Source of the DNA: an uncultured delta proteobacterium
GTDB lineage: Bacteria; Myxococcota_A; Polyangia; Polyangiales; Polyangiaceae
DNA: 64,000 nucleotides
NCBI GenBank assembly: GCA_963782055.1
Contig: CAWAIF010000003.1
Location: forward strand, 6,144,001 to 6,208,000
Reading direction: 5' to 3'
Below the pieces are notes generated by a model. The model did not search any database. It worked only from the letters and a program-made list of their open reading frames with translations, and had not been told where the DNA came from. A program made the translations under genes and the position numbers. This document shows, one piece after another, positions 1 to 12,632 of this stretch (the stretch's first letter is position 1; the number at the start of each line of letters is the position of its first letter).

Positions 1-1
1 T

Positions 2-247
2 GGCAAAGACGCCCAGCGTACCGCGGACACGGTCGAAGCCTTGACCCTGAGTGTCGCTCATGAATGCCCCAAGAGCGAATGACGAGACCCTTTGCGTGAA
101 GTAGAAACCGGGCACGTCGCCACTAGACGCTTGCGATTGATCGGCGGTGCCATCCGGCTCCCGGGGCGCAGTACTACATCCGTCTGCCACCACCATCATC
201 AGGACCCATGCCAATACTTCCACGCCTCGCGCACTGAACTTCACCAT
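2..247 (-). CDS. Putative lipoprotein, N-terminal part (runs off window edge)
   Basis: Hand translation from ATG at 247 after GGAG: MVKFSARGVEVLAWVLMMVVADGC..., open to the window edge; directly downstream of the 277..3055 gene. Confidence 0.5.
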   Translation of the reverse strand, partial: MVKFSARGVEVLAWVLMMVVADGCSTAPREPDGTADQSQASSGDVPGFYFTQRVSSFALGAFMSDTQGQGFDRVRGTLGVFA

Positions 248-876
248 GGCTTCTCTCCACGACAGCGCTGCTGAACTCACGGCCTCTCAAACGGTATTCC
301 TACGACATCCCAATTACAGAAGTAGTCAAACACGAGGTCCTGCTTACCCTGCGCATCCCGACCGTCATCCTGCACGGAATACCAATCCTCGGAGTCCATG
401 TGCGCTTCTGCCAGCACAAAACTTGTGTCGGCAGACAGCGCCACCTGACAACCGCATCCATTCATGCCGAATCCGCCGCCCCACGAGAAGTCGTCGGGAT
501 GTGAAGAGTCGCAGTTGAACCCCTCTTTCTGAGGCTCCTTCACCATGGTGCGCAGCCATGCGTGCTCGACGGACACCAAAGGATTCACGACATACTCGTC
601 GGCAAGATCCTCGCCACGCGTTGCTATCGCTCCGGTGTCACCCGTGACCGGCATATCTGTCCCCAGCCAGTGGAGGCCGCCCAACGCGGGCCAAAGCCAT
701 TCCTGGTACATGTCTGGCTTCACGCCGTGACTCTCATCAAGAATGGCAACGTTCAGTCCGCCGTTGACTCCCGCGTTGTCCCATGGCCCACTCGTCGGTG
801 ACTCTCCCCACGCGACCAGCCCTCCCCCAATGTCGACTTGGTTGCCATAGGTCGCCACACCGGGTTGACCGTTCAA

Positions 877-2531
877 CCTAGATTTCGCTCCATTCCGGCG
901 ACGGTTGCATGATGCACGCTCCTGAAAATCGACGCGCGCCCTGGAATTTAGCGCTCGGCGCGCCGGTTGATGGAGTTGATGAAGACAACAGCAAGCGACA
1001 CGCCGAGCACCCAGAAGGTGCGACGAGAGCAGCTCGGAAGCAAGCGTCCCGAGGGGTGGGAGTGGCAGCGGGCGAATCGCCGGGTGCGGCGAGCACGCGC
1101 GAGCGGGCTGGAGGTGGGGCGGCCGGACCCGAGGTTGTCGGGACTCGGGGGCCTCGCGTCCTTCAACGCGTTCGTGCAGGGGATTGGACTCGGGCGTCGG
1201 CTTCGGCGGGACTTCGGGCACCTCAAGACCGGAGCGCAGGTGGTCTATCCGATGGCGGCGCAGATTCAGCTTCTGCTCGACGCGTCGGTGGCGGGAGCGC
1301 GGCGCATCTTCGACTTCGAGGTGCTCGCGACGGACCCGGTGTTCCGGCACCTCGCCGGCGGCATCGTGCCGAGCATCGACGTGCTCTACGACGATCTGCG
1401 GCGCTTCACGGGCCGCGAGCTCGAGAGGCTGGAAGAGCTGATGGCCGAGCAGGGGCTCGAGCCGCTCACCAAGCTCCGCGCCAAGGAGCTGACCATCGAC
1501 GTGGACACGACGGTGACGCCGCTGTTCGGCGAGCAAGAGGGAGCGCACGTCGGCTACAACCCGCGCTACCACGGCCGCGTGAGCTATCACCCGATCCTGG
1601 CGCGCATCGCCGAGACCGATACGATGCTCGGAGCGCGGCTGCGGCCGGGCGACACGGGCATCGGCGAGGACGACGTCGAGGACATCGCGCAGTGGATCGG
1701 ACGGCTGCATCGCGCCGCGCCGAAAGCCGTGGTGACGATGCGGATCGACTCCGGCGGAGAGTCTGCAGCGCTGCTTTCTGCGGTCGAGCGCGGCGGGGCG
1801 TACTTCGTGGCGAAGATGCGGCAGACCGCCAACCTGATGAGCGCCGTCGCGCGCACGACGCGCTGGCGCACGACCGATCGCGATGCCTTCGGCGAGCCGA
1901 CGCGACAGGTCGCCGTGGTGGACTTCCGCCGCGACGACTGGCCTCCCGGCTGGCGCGTGGTGGCGGTGCGGACCAGCGAGCGCGACACCGGCAAGCAGGT
2001 CCACCTCTGGGAGGACCTCGACTACTCGGCGCAGGTCTACCTGACCAACGATCACGACCGCGACGCCGACGACGTGGCGCGCTTCTACGACGGCCGGGCG
2101 GGGATCGAGCCGCTCTTCGCCGAGCTCAAGAACGCCTTCGGCATCGGCTACGCCCCGACGAACACCTTCGACGCCAACGAGGCCGCGTTGCTGCTCAAGC
2201 TGCTGGCCTACAACCTGATGCGTCGCTGGGTGCTGTCGCTGTGCCCGGGGACCGCCGTGGCACACTGGCGCGCGACCTGGATGCGTCGCGCCTGCGTCCT
2301 GGTGCCCGCTCGCCTGCTGCGCGTCGGGGGTCGCTGGCAGCTGCGACTCGCTCCTCGCCCGATGCTGAATTGACCGGCACACAACTTGGTTTGCGAGGCG
2401 GGGGAAAGGGGGACGTGTGCTCACGCTACGCGCTTATCGTGCGCGGCAGCCGTGCCGGGCACCGATCCGGGACGCGCCGACCCGTGCGACGCCCGCGCCC
2501 GCTCCGAGGACCGGTGCGAGCGAAATCCAGG
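877..2531 (+). mobile_element. IS1380-family insertion sequence
   Basis: IRs CCTAGATTTCGCTC / CCTGGATTTCGCTC; 5-bp TSD TTCAA at 872-876 and 2532-2536. Confidence 0.9.
967..2373 (+). CDS. IS1380-family DDE transposase
   Basis: 468 aa; LTIDVDTT, GYNPRYHG..SYHP, MRIDSG and FYDGRAGIE motifs. Confidence 0.9.
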   Translation: MMELMKTTASDTPSTQKVRREQLGSKRPEGWEWQRANRRVRRARASGLEVGRPDPRLSGLGGLASFNAFVQGIGLGRRLRRDFGHLKTGAQVVYPMAAQIQLLLDASVAGARRIFDFEVLATDPVFRHLAGGIVPSIDVLYDDLRRFTGRELERLEELMAEQGLEPLTKLRAKELTIDVDTTVTPLFGEQEGAHVGYNPRYHGRVSYHPILARIAETDTMLGARLRPGDTGIGEDDVEDIAQWIGRLHRAAPKAVVTMRIDSGGESAALLSAVERGGAYFVAKMRQTANLMSAVARTTRWRTTDRDAFGEPTRQVAVVDFRRDDWPPGWRVVAVRTSERDTGKQVHLWEDLDYSAQVYLTNDHDRDADDVARFYDGRAGIEPLFAELKNAFGIGYAPTNTFDANEAALLLKLLAYNLMRRWVLSLCPGTAVAHWRATWMRRACVLVPARLLRVGGRWQLRLAPRPMLN

Positions 2532-3162
2532 TTCAACTCAGTGTAGTGCGGCTGTGTATATAGACAGTATCGCTTGAACGGCGCCTGAAGACACACTCCC
2601 GGCAGCGTCGTGCCAAGGAGAGGGGCATTACAATCGGATGCGCTCTGGCAGTAGCTGTCGTCTTTGATGAGGTTGGATCCGTGACCAGAATAATAGGCTA
2701 TCGCTGCATTCGGACTATCCCAGAGATCCCCAAATCCCAGCGCACCTAGGTCCGGATCACAGAACGCCCAGTCAATCACGTTGCTGTCGCGATAAACCCA
2801 CAGATTCTCGTAAGGGGACGCGGGATTCCAGGCCGCGTTCCCGAGCGCCATTCCCGTGAGGAATCCTGCGGTGTTCTCGTTGGAATAGCGGAGGTTGTTC
2901 CCGCCATCGCCACCGTAGTCGTTCACGCTCCAGCCGATCAGATAGGGACCCGCCATTGCGCTATTGCAGAGCAACGCGCATCCCAGCCCCAAGAACCAAC
3001 CAACCACTCCCCTCGCTCGATGCCTACCCCCCCCCAGCTTTCCCCACATCGCCATAGCCGCCTCCCTGTCGTGCGATCTAGTCACAACGACACAGCTAGG
3101 TACATTCTACGTTTGCCACCTCATCCGTGCAAGCAAAAGTGTACTCCGCAGGCATCTACATC

Positions 3163-4897
3163 TGGTGCAGATCTTCTCCGGCGGCGTGAAGCGGCGTGAT
3201 TCCGTCGGGTTGCGGGAACTTCCCGGGGCGGCGTGATGGTTGTTCCGGCGAAGGCCTGGAGCCTTGGACAGGAGCCGCTGATGAGCGCCGCACGAACAGA
3301 TCTGGTCGGGACGGCGGAGACGCCGTTCGCCCGAGCGAGGGCCCACGCCGCGAGGGTCGAGGGTATGCTGACGAGCGACGAGATGACCCGCAAGTCGCAC
3401 TCCGAGCTCGAAGAGATGCTGGAAGGGCAGGGCCGCGAGTGGGCGCGGCTCATGCTGGAGGCGAACCTTCGGCTCCGCGCGCAGCTCGAGAGGCGCACCG
3501 AGGTGGTCGGCGACGATGGCGTGGAGCGCGACCATGCCCGCGACAGCGAGCGCCATCTCGAGACCGTGCTCGGTCGCGTGCCGGTGCAGCGGTGCAGCGG
3601 TGCAGCGGCTCGCGTACCAGGCGCCGGGCAGCAGCGACCTTCACCCGATGGACGCGGCGCTGAACCTGCCGCGCGAGATGTTCTCGCACGGCGTTCGTCG
3701 GTACGTCGCGCGAAAGGCCGCGAGCATGTCGTTCGACGAGGTGGTCGACGATCTGCGGGAGACCGGCGCGTCGATCGCGAAGCGGCAGGTCGAAGACCTG
3801 ACGATCCGCGCGGCACAGGACTTCGACGCGTTCTACGAGCAGCGCGCCGCCGCCCGCGATCCGAAGGACGACCTGCTGGTCAACAGCACGGACGGCAAGG
3901 GGATCGTGATGCGTCACGAGGACCCTCGGGAGGGCACCCGCCGCGCGGCGGAGAAGCGCGGCCGCAAGCTCGAGACGCGGCTGACGCCGGGTGAGAAGAG
4001 CAACAGGAAGCGCATGGCGCAGGTCGCGACGGTGTACCTGGTCGCGCCGTTCCCGCGCGGGCCGGCGGACATCATCCATTCGCTGCGCAAGCCCGACGAG
4101 GTCGACGCGAAGCGGCCACGGCCGACGGACAAGCGCGTGTGGGCCAGCGTCGAGACGGCTCCCCGCGAGGTCATTCGGGAAGCGTTTGCCGAGGCGCTGC
4201 GGCGCGACCCCAAGAACGAGCGGCGATGGGTCGTGCTCGTCGACGGCGAGCCGAAGCAGCCGCGCGCGGTGAAGGCCGAGGCGCGGCGCGCGGGCGTGAA
4301 GGTGACGATCCTCGCCGACGTCGTGCACGTGCTCGAGTACATCTGGGCGGCGGCGCGCGCGCTCTTCGGAGGGAGCAACGCGAAGGCGGAGAGCTGGGTC
4401 GGCGACCGGCTGCTCGCGCTGCTCACCGGCCGCACCGGTGGCGAGCTCGCCAAGACGATCCGATGGTGGGCGGCGAGGGCGAAGAAGCTCGATGACGCCG
4501 CGCTCGCCGCCATCGACAAGACCTGCGCGTACCTCGCCGACCGCACGCGCACGCGGCTGCTCGGGTACAAGGACGCGTTGCGCGACGGGTTGCCCATCGC
4601 GACCGGCGTCATCGAGGGCGCCTGCCGCTACGTCGTCAAGGACCGGATGGACCGCACGCGGGCGCGATGGTCGCTCACCGGCGCGGAGGCCGTGCTGCGC
4701 CTGCGCGCCCTCCGAGCGTCCAAGGACTTCGACGCCTACTGGGCCTTCCACCTCGAGCAAGAGAGCGAGCGGAACCATGCGTCACGCTACGCGGACGCCA
4801 AGATCCCTGACCCGCTGCCGCCGCCGGAGCCGAGGCTCAAGAGGGTCAAGTGATCGATCTTGCTGTGATTGGACCCCGCCGGAGAGGAGCCGCACCC
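3163..4897 (+). mobile_element. ISKra4-family insertion sequence
   Basis: IRs TGGTGCAGATCTTCTCCGGCGG / GGGTGCGGCTCCTCTCCGGCGG; flanking direct repeat ATCTACATC (3154-3162, 4898-4906). Confidence 0.85.
3281..4853 (+). pseudogene. ISKra4 transposase, frameshifted
   Basis: Homologous to intact 61039..62604; GGTGCAGC present three times at ~3583-3606 shifts the frame; DGKG, VDG, HVLEY and GVIEGAC motifs. Confidence 0.85.
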
Positions 4898-4988
4898 ATC
4901 TACATCTCCGGGGAAGGTGCGGGGACGGGGGGACGGGGTAGGAGGTCATGTGCCCACCACGTGGCACGCATGCATCCTCCGGCACCTG

Positions 4989-6686
<1,698 letters not shown>

Positions 6687-6758
6687 GGTCCTCCAGGTGG
6701 CAAGACGGCAGGATCCATGGATATCGCAGCGTGCGCCCGCGTCAAGCGAGCCCGGGGC

Positions 6759-8789
6759 TCACTGGATGATGTGGGAGCGGATGCGCTGGAAGAGGACGTC
6801 GAAGAAGGGGTTCTCCGTCGACGGCTCGCCGGGGCGGGGGCAGATGGAGGCGACGACGCCCTGGTCGCCCAGGCCCTCGGCGAGGCGGAGCTGGCGGATC
6901 GTCGGGTAGGCCTTGCCGCGGATCTGGATCTTGCGGTTGTTCGGGTCGCAGAGGGGCGGGCCGTCGGCGCTGGTCGCGGAGCCGACGCAGTCGCAGGACG
7001 GGGCGAACTGCGGGTCGGTGCAGTCCTTCGGCGTCGTGAGCGGGAAGGTGCACGCATACTGCAGGTCGAGGCCGACGGGGCTCTTGTGGGTGTTCCACTC
7101 CCGGCCGTGGATGGGATCGGTGTCGTCGGCGGCGGAGGGGGGCGGCAGACCGGCGCGCGGGTCGATGGACTCCAGCATGTGTGGGTCGATGCCCTCGGTC
7201 TGGTAGGTCGCCGGATCCTTGCCGACGATGCGCTGCCAGTCGCCGGCGGTCAGCGTCGACTTGAGCGGGGCGGTGGTGTTGAAGGGATCCTGCGCGAGGA
7301 GCTGCCAGGGCACGCCGCCGATGATGAGGTAGTAGACGAGGCCGGTGCCGCGCGGGCCGTCGTCCAGGTGGCAGAGATCGCCGTTGGGGTCCGTCGGCAG
7401 CGAGGCGGCGAAGAGGGGGTTCTGGCAGTCCTTGGTGCCGACGTAGCTCCCGTTGCCGTTCGGGTGCTCGCCGTCACGATCGGGGACGGTGCGGGAGGTG
7501 AGGCCGTCCACGTAGCGCGAGACGGGGAACTGCGGGTCGTAGCCGTAGCGGCGCTTCATGTCGTTGGTGTAGCGGACGTTGATGCCGTCCTGCTGCAGCG
7601 TGTAGAAGCCCTGGCAGTTGTTCCCGCAGGCGATCTGGCAGCTCGGGTCCTGCGAGATGGGCGTCCCCGACTTCGCCTTGTTGCCCACGAAGCCGCAGGA
7701 GGTGCAGTCGGGGTCGTTGGGGCCGGTGTGCATCGGGTCGTTGGGGTTGACCGGCTCGTCGCACTCGTGGGTGGCACGCGGGGCCGCCTGGCCGAAGGGG
7801 GAGCCGGGGTACGCGAGCGTGCGCGACACCCAGCCGCGACCGCCGAGGGCGAGAGGATCGCTCCACGAGTCCTCCTCGTCGGTGAGCTGGATGATCATCA
7901 CCAGCGAGTCGGGGCGCAGGAAGTCGTGGCGCTGCTTGAGGATGTTGGCGTCGATGCCAACGAGCTGCGCCTTGGCCGGGTTGCCGGAGTTGGGGTCCAG
8001 CGAGATCGCGTTCCACGGGTCGGGCTGGACGAGGAAGCGGTACCAGCTCTCCAGCTGGGCCTCCAGGCCGCAGCCGAACTCCTGCACACCGCCGACCAGG
8101 TCCTGGAAGTCGGTGGCGAAGGTCTGCTGGTCGGTCTCCTTCGGGACGTTGGGGCTCGGCTTGTTGGCGTTGGCCTGCACCGGCGGGAGCCAGGCGAGGA
8201 AGTCGCCGCCGGTGCCGTCCACCGGCTGCGCGTTGGCCACGGTGGCCTCCACGCCGGAGGGCGGCGGGTTGGCGAGGTCCGGCCGCTTGCGGTTGATGAG
8301 CTCGCCCTTGTCGTTGTTGTGGCGGCTGAGCTTGGCGAGCTGGGCGATGGGGTTCTTCGCGTCGTCCTGGCAGATGTCGGGGGCCCCGCCGCCGCCGAGG
8401 GACGAGGTGACGATGCCCACGTGGATGTCGACGAAGGGGGCGAACTCCCGCTGGGTGCCGGCGGGGCAGCTGCCGTTCTGCGCGGCGACGGGCGGCGCGT
8501 CCGGCTGCCCGGGGTTGATGCAGAAGGGGTTGACCAGGCGGTCGATGAAGTAGGGGATCGAGGCGTTGAGGAGCTCCTGCTTGTCGCCCATGGACGCGGA
8601 GTTGTCGATCGCGAACAGGACGTCCGCCTTGTTGGACTTGCTCAGCTTGGGCGGGCCCGCGTCGCCCGCGTCGCTCACCGTGCCCGCGTCGTGGTGTCCG
8701 TGGCCGAGGGAGGTGCGGCCTCCGCACGCCCCGACCACCGCCAGCACCGCCAGCACCAGAGGCGGCGCCATCCACTTCCCACGCTTCAT
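6759..8789 (-). CDS. Myxobacterial lipoprotein with vWA-like motif
   Basis: Lipobox VGAC; DVLFAIDNSASM (DxSxS), GCGLEAQLES, FLRPDS, LTDEED. Confidence 0.8.
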   Translation of the reverse strand: MKRGKWMAPPLVLAVLAVVGACGGRTSLGHGHHDAGTVSDAGDAGPPKLSKSNKADVLFAIDNSASMGDKQELLNASIPYFIDRLVNPFCINPGQPDAPPVAAQNGSCPAGTQREFAPFVDIHVGIVTSSLGGGGAPDICQDDAKNPIAQLAKLSRHNNDKGELINRKRPDLANPPPSGVEATVANAQPVDGTGGDFLAWLPPVQANANKPSPNVPKETDQQTFATDFQDLVGGVQEFGCGLEAQLESWYRFLVQPDPWNAISLDPNSGNPAKAQLVGIDANILKQRHDFLRPDSLVMIIQLTDEEDSWSDPLALGGRGWVSRTLAYPGSPFGQAAPRATHECDEPVNPNDPMHTGPNDPDCTSCGFVGNKAKSGTPISQDPSCQIACGNNCQGFYTLQQDGINVRYTNDMKRRYGYDPQFPVSRYVDGLTSRTVPDRDGEHPNGNGSYVGTKDCQNPLFAASLPTDPNGDLCHLDDGPRGTGLVYYLIIGGVPWQLLAQDPFNTTAPLKSTLTAGDWQRIVGKDPATYQTEGIDPHMLESIDPRAGLPPPSAADDTDPIHGREWNTHKSPVGLDLQYACTFPLTTPKDCTDPQFAPSCDCVGSATSADGPPLCDPNNRKIQIRGKAYPTIRQLRLAEGLGDQGVVASICPRPGEPSTENPFFDVLFQRIRSHIIQ

Positions 8790-8854
8790 CGACCTTGCCT
8801 CATGACCGACAACCTTATCAGCTCGGCCGTGGCTTCTTTGGTAAGAAACGGGCG

Positions 8855-10027
8855 GTGGGGCTGTTCGACCGCTGGCTCGGCAAGGGACGGGAGGTGCGCG
8901 CGGCGCGCCGGGCGGAGCTGCGCGGCGAGCTCGCCCGCGCGGCGGAGCTCTACGGCCTCGCGGGCGCGCCGGAGGACGCGGCGCGCGTGATGATGCTGCG
9001 CGGCGACGCCGAGACCGACCTCCGCATTCGCATGCGCCACTACACGCAGGCGGTCGCCACCGCGCCGGAGAAGCACGCGGTGCGCGCGGAGGCGCGCCGC
9101 AAGCGCGCCAACCTGGTGATTGCGCAGCTCTCGGCGGGCGCGGCCTCGGCGGCGGGGCGACGGGAGCTGGCGGAGGCGGCCGGCGAGCTGCTGGCGGTGG
9201 GCGACGCGCTGAAGGCGGCCGAGGCGTTCCGGCTCGCGGGGGACGGCGAGGGCGAGGCGAAGGCGCTGGCGCAGGCAGGCGACGTGGAGCGGCTGGAGTT
9301 CCTGCTCACCGAGCAGCAGACGACCGACCGCGAGGCGCGCAAGAGATCGGAGCTCCACGCCGAGGTGGAGATGCTGGTGCAGTCCGGCCGCCGGCGCGAG
9401 GCGCTCGCCGCCGTCGAGACGTGGCTCGCGGCGCACGGCGATGACTCGGTGATGCGCGAGCGCGCCTCGGGGCTGCGGGGCAAGCGGGCGCTCGGGCCCA
9501 TCGCGCAGGTGTGGCTGGACGGCAAGCCCGCGCCCATCGTGCTCGGAGACGAGGTGGTGATCGGCCGCACCGAGGGCACGCTGCAGGTGCCCAGCCAGGC
9601 GGTGAGCCGCGCGCACGTGCGCATCGCGCGGGAGAAGGGCGAGGTGGTGGTGCGCGATCTGGGCAGCCGCAACGGCACGCAGCTCCGCGGGATGAACATC
9701 GCGGGCGCGCTGCCCGTCGGCGAGGGGGTGGAGCTCACGCTGGGCAAGGAGGTGCGCCTGCGAGTGGCGCCCTCGTCGGCGGTGGAGGGCGCGGCGCAGA
9801 TCGAGATCGGCGGCGCGACGTACGTGGCGCCGCTCGGCCCGGCGCGCATCCCCGGCACCGGCTGGGAGCTGCGGCAGGGGCCGGAGGCGTGGATCGAGCT
9901 CGTGGCGAACGATGCGCCGCCGCTGCTGGGCGACGTGAGCCTCGCCCCGCGGACGACCCTCCTGATCGGCGACGTGCTCACGAGCACGCGCGGCGGCAAG
10001 GAGATCCTCCGCGTCGTCGGCGAGTGA
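8855..10027 (+). CDS. FHA-domain protein with helical N-terminus
   Basis: IGR..., VSRAH and DLGSRNGT FHA motifs; likely GTG start MGLFDRWLG. Confidence 0.85.
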   Translation: MGLFDRWLGKGREVRAARRAELRGELARAAELYGLAGAPEDAARVMMLRGDAETDLRIRMRHYTQAVATAPEKHAVRAEARRKRANLVIAQLSAGAASAAGRRELAEAAGELLAVGDALKAAEAFRLAGDGEGEAKALAQAGDVERLEFLLTEQQTTDREARKRSELHAEVEMLVQSGRRREALAAVETWLAAHGDDSVMRERASGLRGKRALGPIAQVWLDGKPAPIVLGDEVVIGRTEGTLQVPSQAVSRAHVRIAREKGEVVVRDLGSRNGTQLRGMNIAGALPVGEGVELTLGKEVRLRVAPSSAVEGAAQIEIGGATYVAPLGPARIPGTGWELRQGPEAWIELVANDAPPLLGDVSLAPRTTLLIGDVLTSTRGGKEILRVVGE

Positions 10028-10028
10028 G

Positions 10029-10072
10029 CCTCACCCCCCGGCCCCCTCTCCCTGCGCGGGAGAGGGGGAGAA
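10029..10072. terminator. GC-rich hairpin between convergent genes (REP-like or terminator)
   Basis: CCCCCTCTCCC-tgcgc-GGGAGAGGGGG stem-loop. Confidence 0.6.
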
Positions 10073-10083
10073 GAAGAGGGATT

Positions 10084-10833
10084 TCACAAGACGACCACGT
10101 TGTCGAAGTCGACCGCCCTGCCGAGGGCCAGCGTCACGTCGTCAACGATGCCGATGGCGAGCTCGGAGCCCGAGGTGACGCCGACGCCGATGGGGCCCAC
10201 CATGTTGTTGTCGTACTTGATGCCAATCAATCCCGGGCTGCAGAGGACGGTGATGGTGTGCCACATGGCGTCCGTCGCGCTGGCCAGGCCCACCACCCCT
10301 CCCTTGTCGTCCTTGACGTGGACGCCCTGGCCATCCACGGAGAACGTCAGCGTCCCGGTGGGGTCGGTGATGCGCATGAAGTCGGCGGCGACGCTGCCGG
10401 AGACGAAGCGCGCGTTCACGGTGATGGTCTTGGGGCTGGTCGTGATCTTCTCCGTCACCGCCGCGTGCTGACCCACCCCCGAGACCTTCGCCTCCATGGC
10501 GTTCGGATCAGAGAGCGGGTTGGTCTGCACCACCGCCAGGGTCCCCCCGTTGACGTCCTGCGCGTCCCACTTCATCGCGGGGTTGCTGCCCTCGTCCCAG
10601 TCGGCGCAGAAGATGGCCTGCGGGTGCGACGCGCAGTACCCCAGGTCGGGCGCGTCGGGCTGACCGCCGCCGTCGTCCGCGTCGACGGCGTCCGCGCCCG
10701 CGTCGTCCGGCGCGGCCTGGTCCGGCTCCTCCGCGGCGTCGGAGCCCCCGGCGTCGCCGCTGCTCCCGAAGGAGTCGGGCCCGCACGCGGCGGTGAGCAA
10801 GAGCACGAGCACGACGGACGAAGGAAGGCGCAT
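10084..10833 (-). CDS. Hypothetical lipoprotein
   Basis: MRLPSSVVLVLLLTAAC lipobox, D/A/G-rich linker, FCADWDEG motif, beta-rich C-terminus. Confidence 0.75.
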   Translation of the reverse strand: MRLPSSVVLVLLLTAACGPDSFGSSGDAGGSDAAEEPDQAAPDDAGADAVDADDGGGQPDAPDLGYCASHPQAIFCADWDEGSNPAMKWDAQDVNGGTLAVVQTNPLSDPNAMEAKVSGVGQHAAVTEKITTSPKTITVNARFVSGSVAADFMRITDPTGTLTFSVDGQGVHVKDDKGGVVGLASATDAMWHTITVLCSPGLIGIKYDNNMVGPIGVGVTSGSELAIGIVDDVTLALGRAVDFDNVVVL

Positions 10834-10868
10834 ACCGACGAGTATAGCGCCACGGGGGCGCGCGGGCC

Positions 10869-11102
10869 TCAGTGCATGGCGAGCCCGAGGAAGTAGGGCC
10901 ACACGATCAGCGCCAGGAGCGCCTTCCACCACACCAGCTTGAGCAAGCCGAGGGTGAACAGCCAGCCGCCGAACCAGAGCGTGCCCGCGAGGGGCGGCCC
11001 CGGCCGGAGGCGCGCGGACCGCTCCGCGCGTGCCCTGGTCTTGCGCTCGGTGGGCTCGACGTGGACGTCGATGTGAGGGAGAGCGGGAGTCTGGGTGGTC
11101 AT
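10869..11102 (-). CDS. Small membrane protein
   Basis: 77 aa ending GTLWFGGWLFTLGLLKLVWWKALLALIVWPYFLG. Confidence 0.65.
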   Translation of the reverse strand: MTTQTPALPHIDVHVEPTERKTRARAERSARLRPGPPLAGTLWFGGWLFTLGLLKLVWWKALLALIVWPYFLGLAMH

Positions 11103-11321
11103 GGTGCGCCGAGTTGCAACGGGTGGACCAGCGCGCAGCCGGCCAAGCGCCGGATGCGCGGGGCGGCGGGCGTGCTGCGGCAGAAGAGGTTGCGCGCGCG
11201 TGCAGGGCTTGCGATGCGCGCGCGGCGGCGGGAGGGAGGGCTGGCGATCATGCATGCGGTTGCGCCGTCTCGTCTCGTCGAAGCGAATCCCATGCCACGC
11301 GCCGTGGGCTACAGTCCTCGC

Positions 11322-12581
11322 GTGGGCTTCTTCTCCAAGCTCTTCGGCAGGCCGGCCCCTCCTCGCGCGCCGCAACCCACGGCGCCGGCAACGGCTGCAC
11401 ATGCGCCGCCACCGGCGGCGGAGCCTGACCGGAGGGAGGAGCCGGAGTCGGACCTGGACCGGCTGGGCAAGAGCGGGGCGCCGGGAGGCCCGGCGGTGGA
11501 GGAGGCGGTCGCCATCTTCCGCCGGCTGCGCACCACACCGGACGAGGGGCACGCGATCGAGCGGATCCAGCAGGCGACGCTGGAGCGGGTCGTGCCGGAG
11601 CCGCTGCTGGTGGCGGCGGCGGCGGCGCTCGTCGACCGCGGCGAGCCGGCGAACGCGCTCACCCTGCTCGACCACGCGGGCAGCGCGCCGGGCCTGCTGC
11701 TGCGCGCCGACCTGGAGGCGGAGCGCGGGGACGTGCCGCGCGCCCTGGCGCTGGTGGAGCGGGTGCTGCTGCGCGAGCTGGATCACCCCGGCGCGCGCGA
11801 GCGGCACCGCCGCTGGCGGGAGGAGCTCGGCCTGGTGGAGGGCCGGCGGCCCGACGCAGCGACGAGCACCGTCGTCTCGGCGGAGCCCGACGCCCCCTAC
11901 CAGCTCCTGCGCGAGGTCGCGCGCGGCGGCGCCGGCGCCGTCTACGAGGCGGACGATCGCGAGCTCGGCCGGCGCGTCGCGCTGAAGGTCTACCACGAGC
12001 CCACGCGCGACCGGGACCAGCTCGTCCACGAGGCGCGCGTCGCGGTGAGCCTCAGCGGGCCCGGGGTGGTGCGCGTCTTCGACCTGGACCCCGATCACGG
12101 CTGGATCGCCCTGGAGTGGGCGCCGCTGGGGGCGGTGCGCGAGCGCCTGCGCGCCGGCGATCTCGCGTCGCTGCTGCCGGTGGAGCGCTGGGCGCTGCCG
12201 CTGGCCCAGGCGCTCGCCCGCGTGCACGACGCCGGCTGGGTGCACCTGGACGTGAAGCCCGCCAACGTGCTGGTGCTCGCGCCGGACCGGCCGGCGCTCA
12301 CCGACTTCGGCATCGCCCGCCGCGCGGGGGCGCAGAGCCCGCGAGGGAGCATGGGCTACGTCAGCCCGGAGCGGATGAAGGGAAAGCGTGCAGACTACAA
12401 GGATGACGTCTACGGCTTCGGGCGCATCCTGGAGGACGTGCTGGACGCCGCGGACGACCCGGCGGCGTCGGCGCGGTGGCGGGCGCTGGCGCGGGCGTGC
12501 ACCGGTCCGGAGGAGGCGCGCCCGGCCCACGCGCGGGATCTGGTCCTGCGCGTCCGGGCCGCCGTCGCTTCGGCATCGTGA
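11322..12581 (+). CDS. Ser/Thr protein kinase (Hanks type)
   Basis: ARGGAGAVY, VALK, HLDVKPAN, DFG, GYVSPE; likely GTG start MGFFSKLFG. Confidence 0.9.
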   Translation: MGFFSKLFGRPAPPRAPQPTAPATAAHAPPPAAEPDRREEPESDLDRLGKSGAPGGPAVEEAVAIFRRLRTTPDEGHAIERIQQATLERVVPEPLLVAAAAALVDRGEPANALTLLDHAGSAPGLLLRADLEAERGDVPRALALVERVLLRELDHPGARERHRRWREELGLVEGRRPDAATSTVVSAEPDAPYQLLREVARGGAGAVYEADDRELGRRVALKVYHEPTRDRDQLVHEARVAVSLSGPGVVRVFDLDPDHGWIALEWAPLGAVRERLRAGDLASLLPVERWALPLAQALARVHDAGWVHLDVKPANVLVLAPDRPALTDFGIARRAGAQSPRGSMGYVSPERMKGKRADYKDDVYGFGRILEDVLDAADDPAASARWRALARACTGPEEARPAHARDLVLRVRAAVASAS

Positions 12582-12632
12582 ACGGCCGTCCCGCTTGACG
12601 AAGGCCGCTTGCGGTACCAGATTGTCCGGACC

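Larger units (their letters stand above)
277..3055 (-). pseudogene. Secreted protein (possibly DUF6345-like) split by IS1380
   Basis: 3055..2537 joined to 876..277 gives an in-frame 372-aa ORF (...YTE|LNGQPG...) once the IS and one TSD are removed; signal-like N-terminus, AYYSGHG motif, RBS AGGGAGG. Confidence 0.75.
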
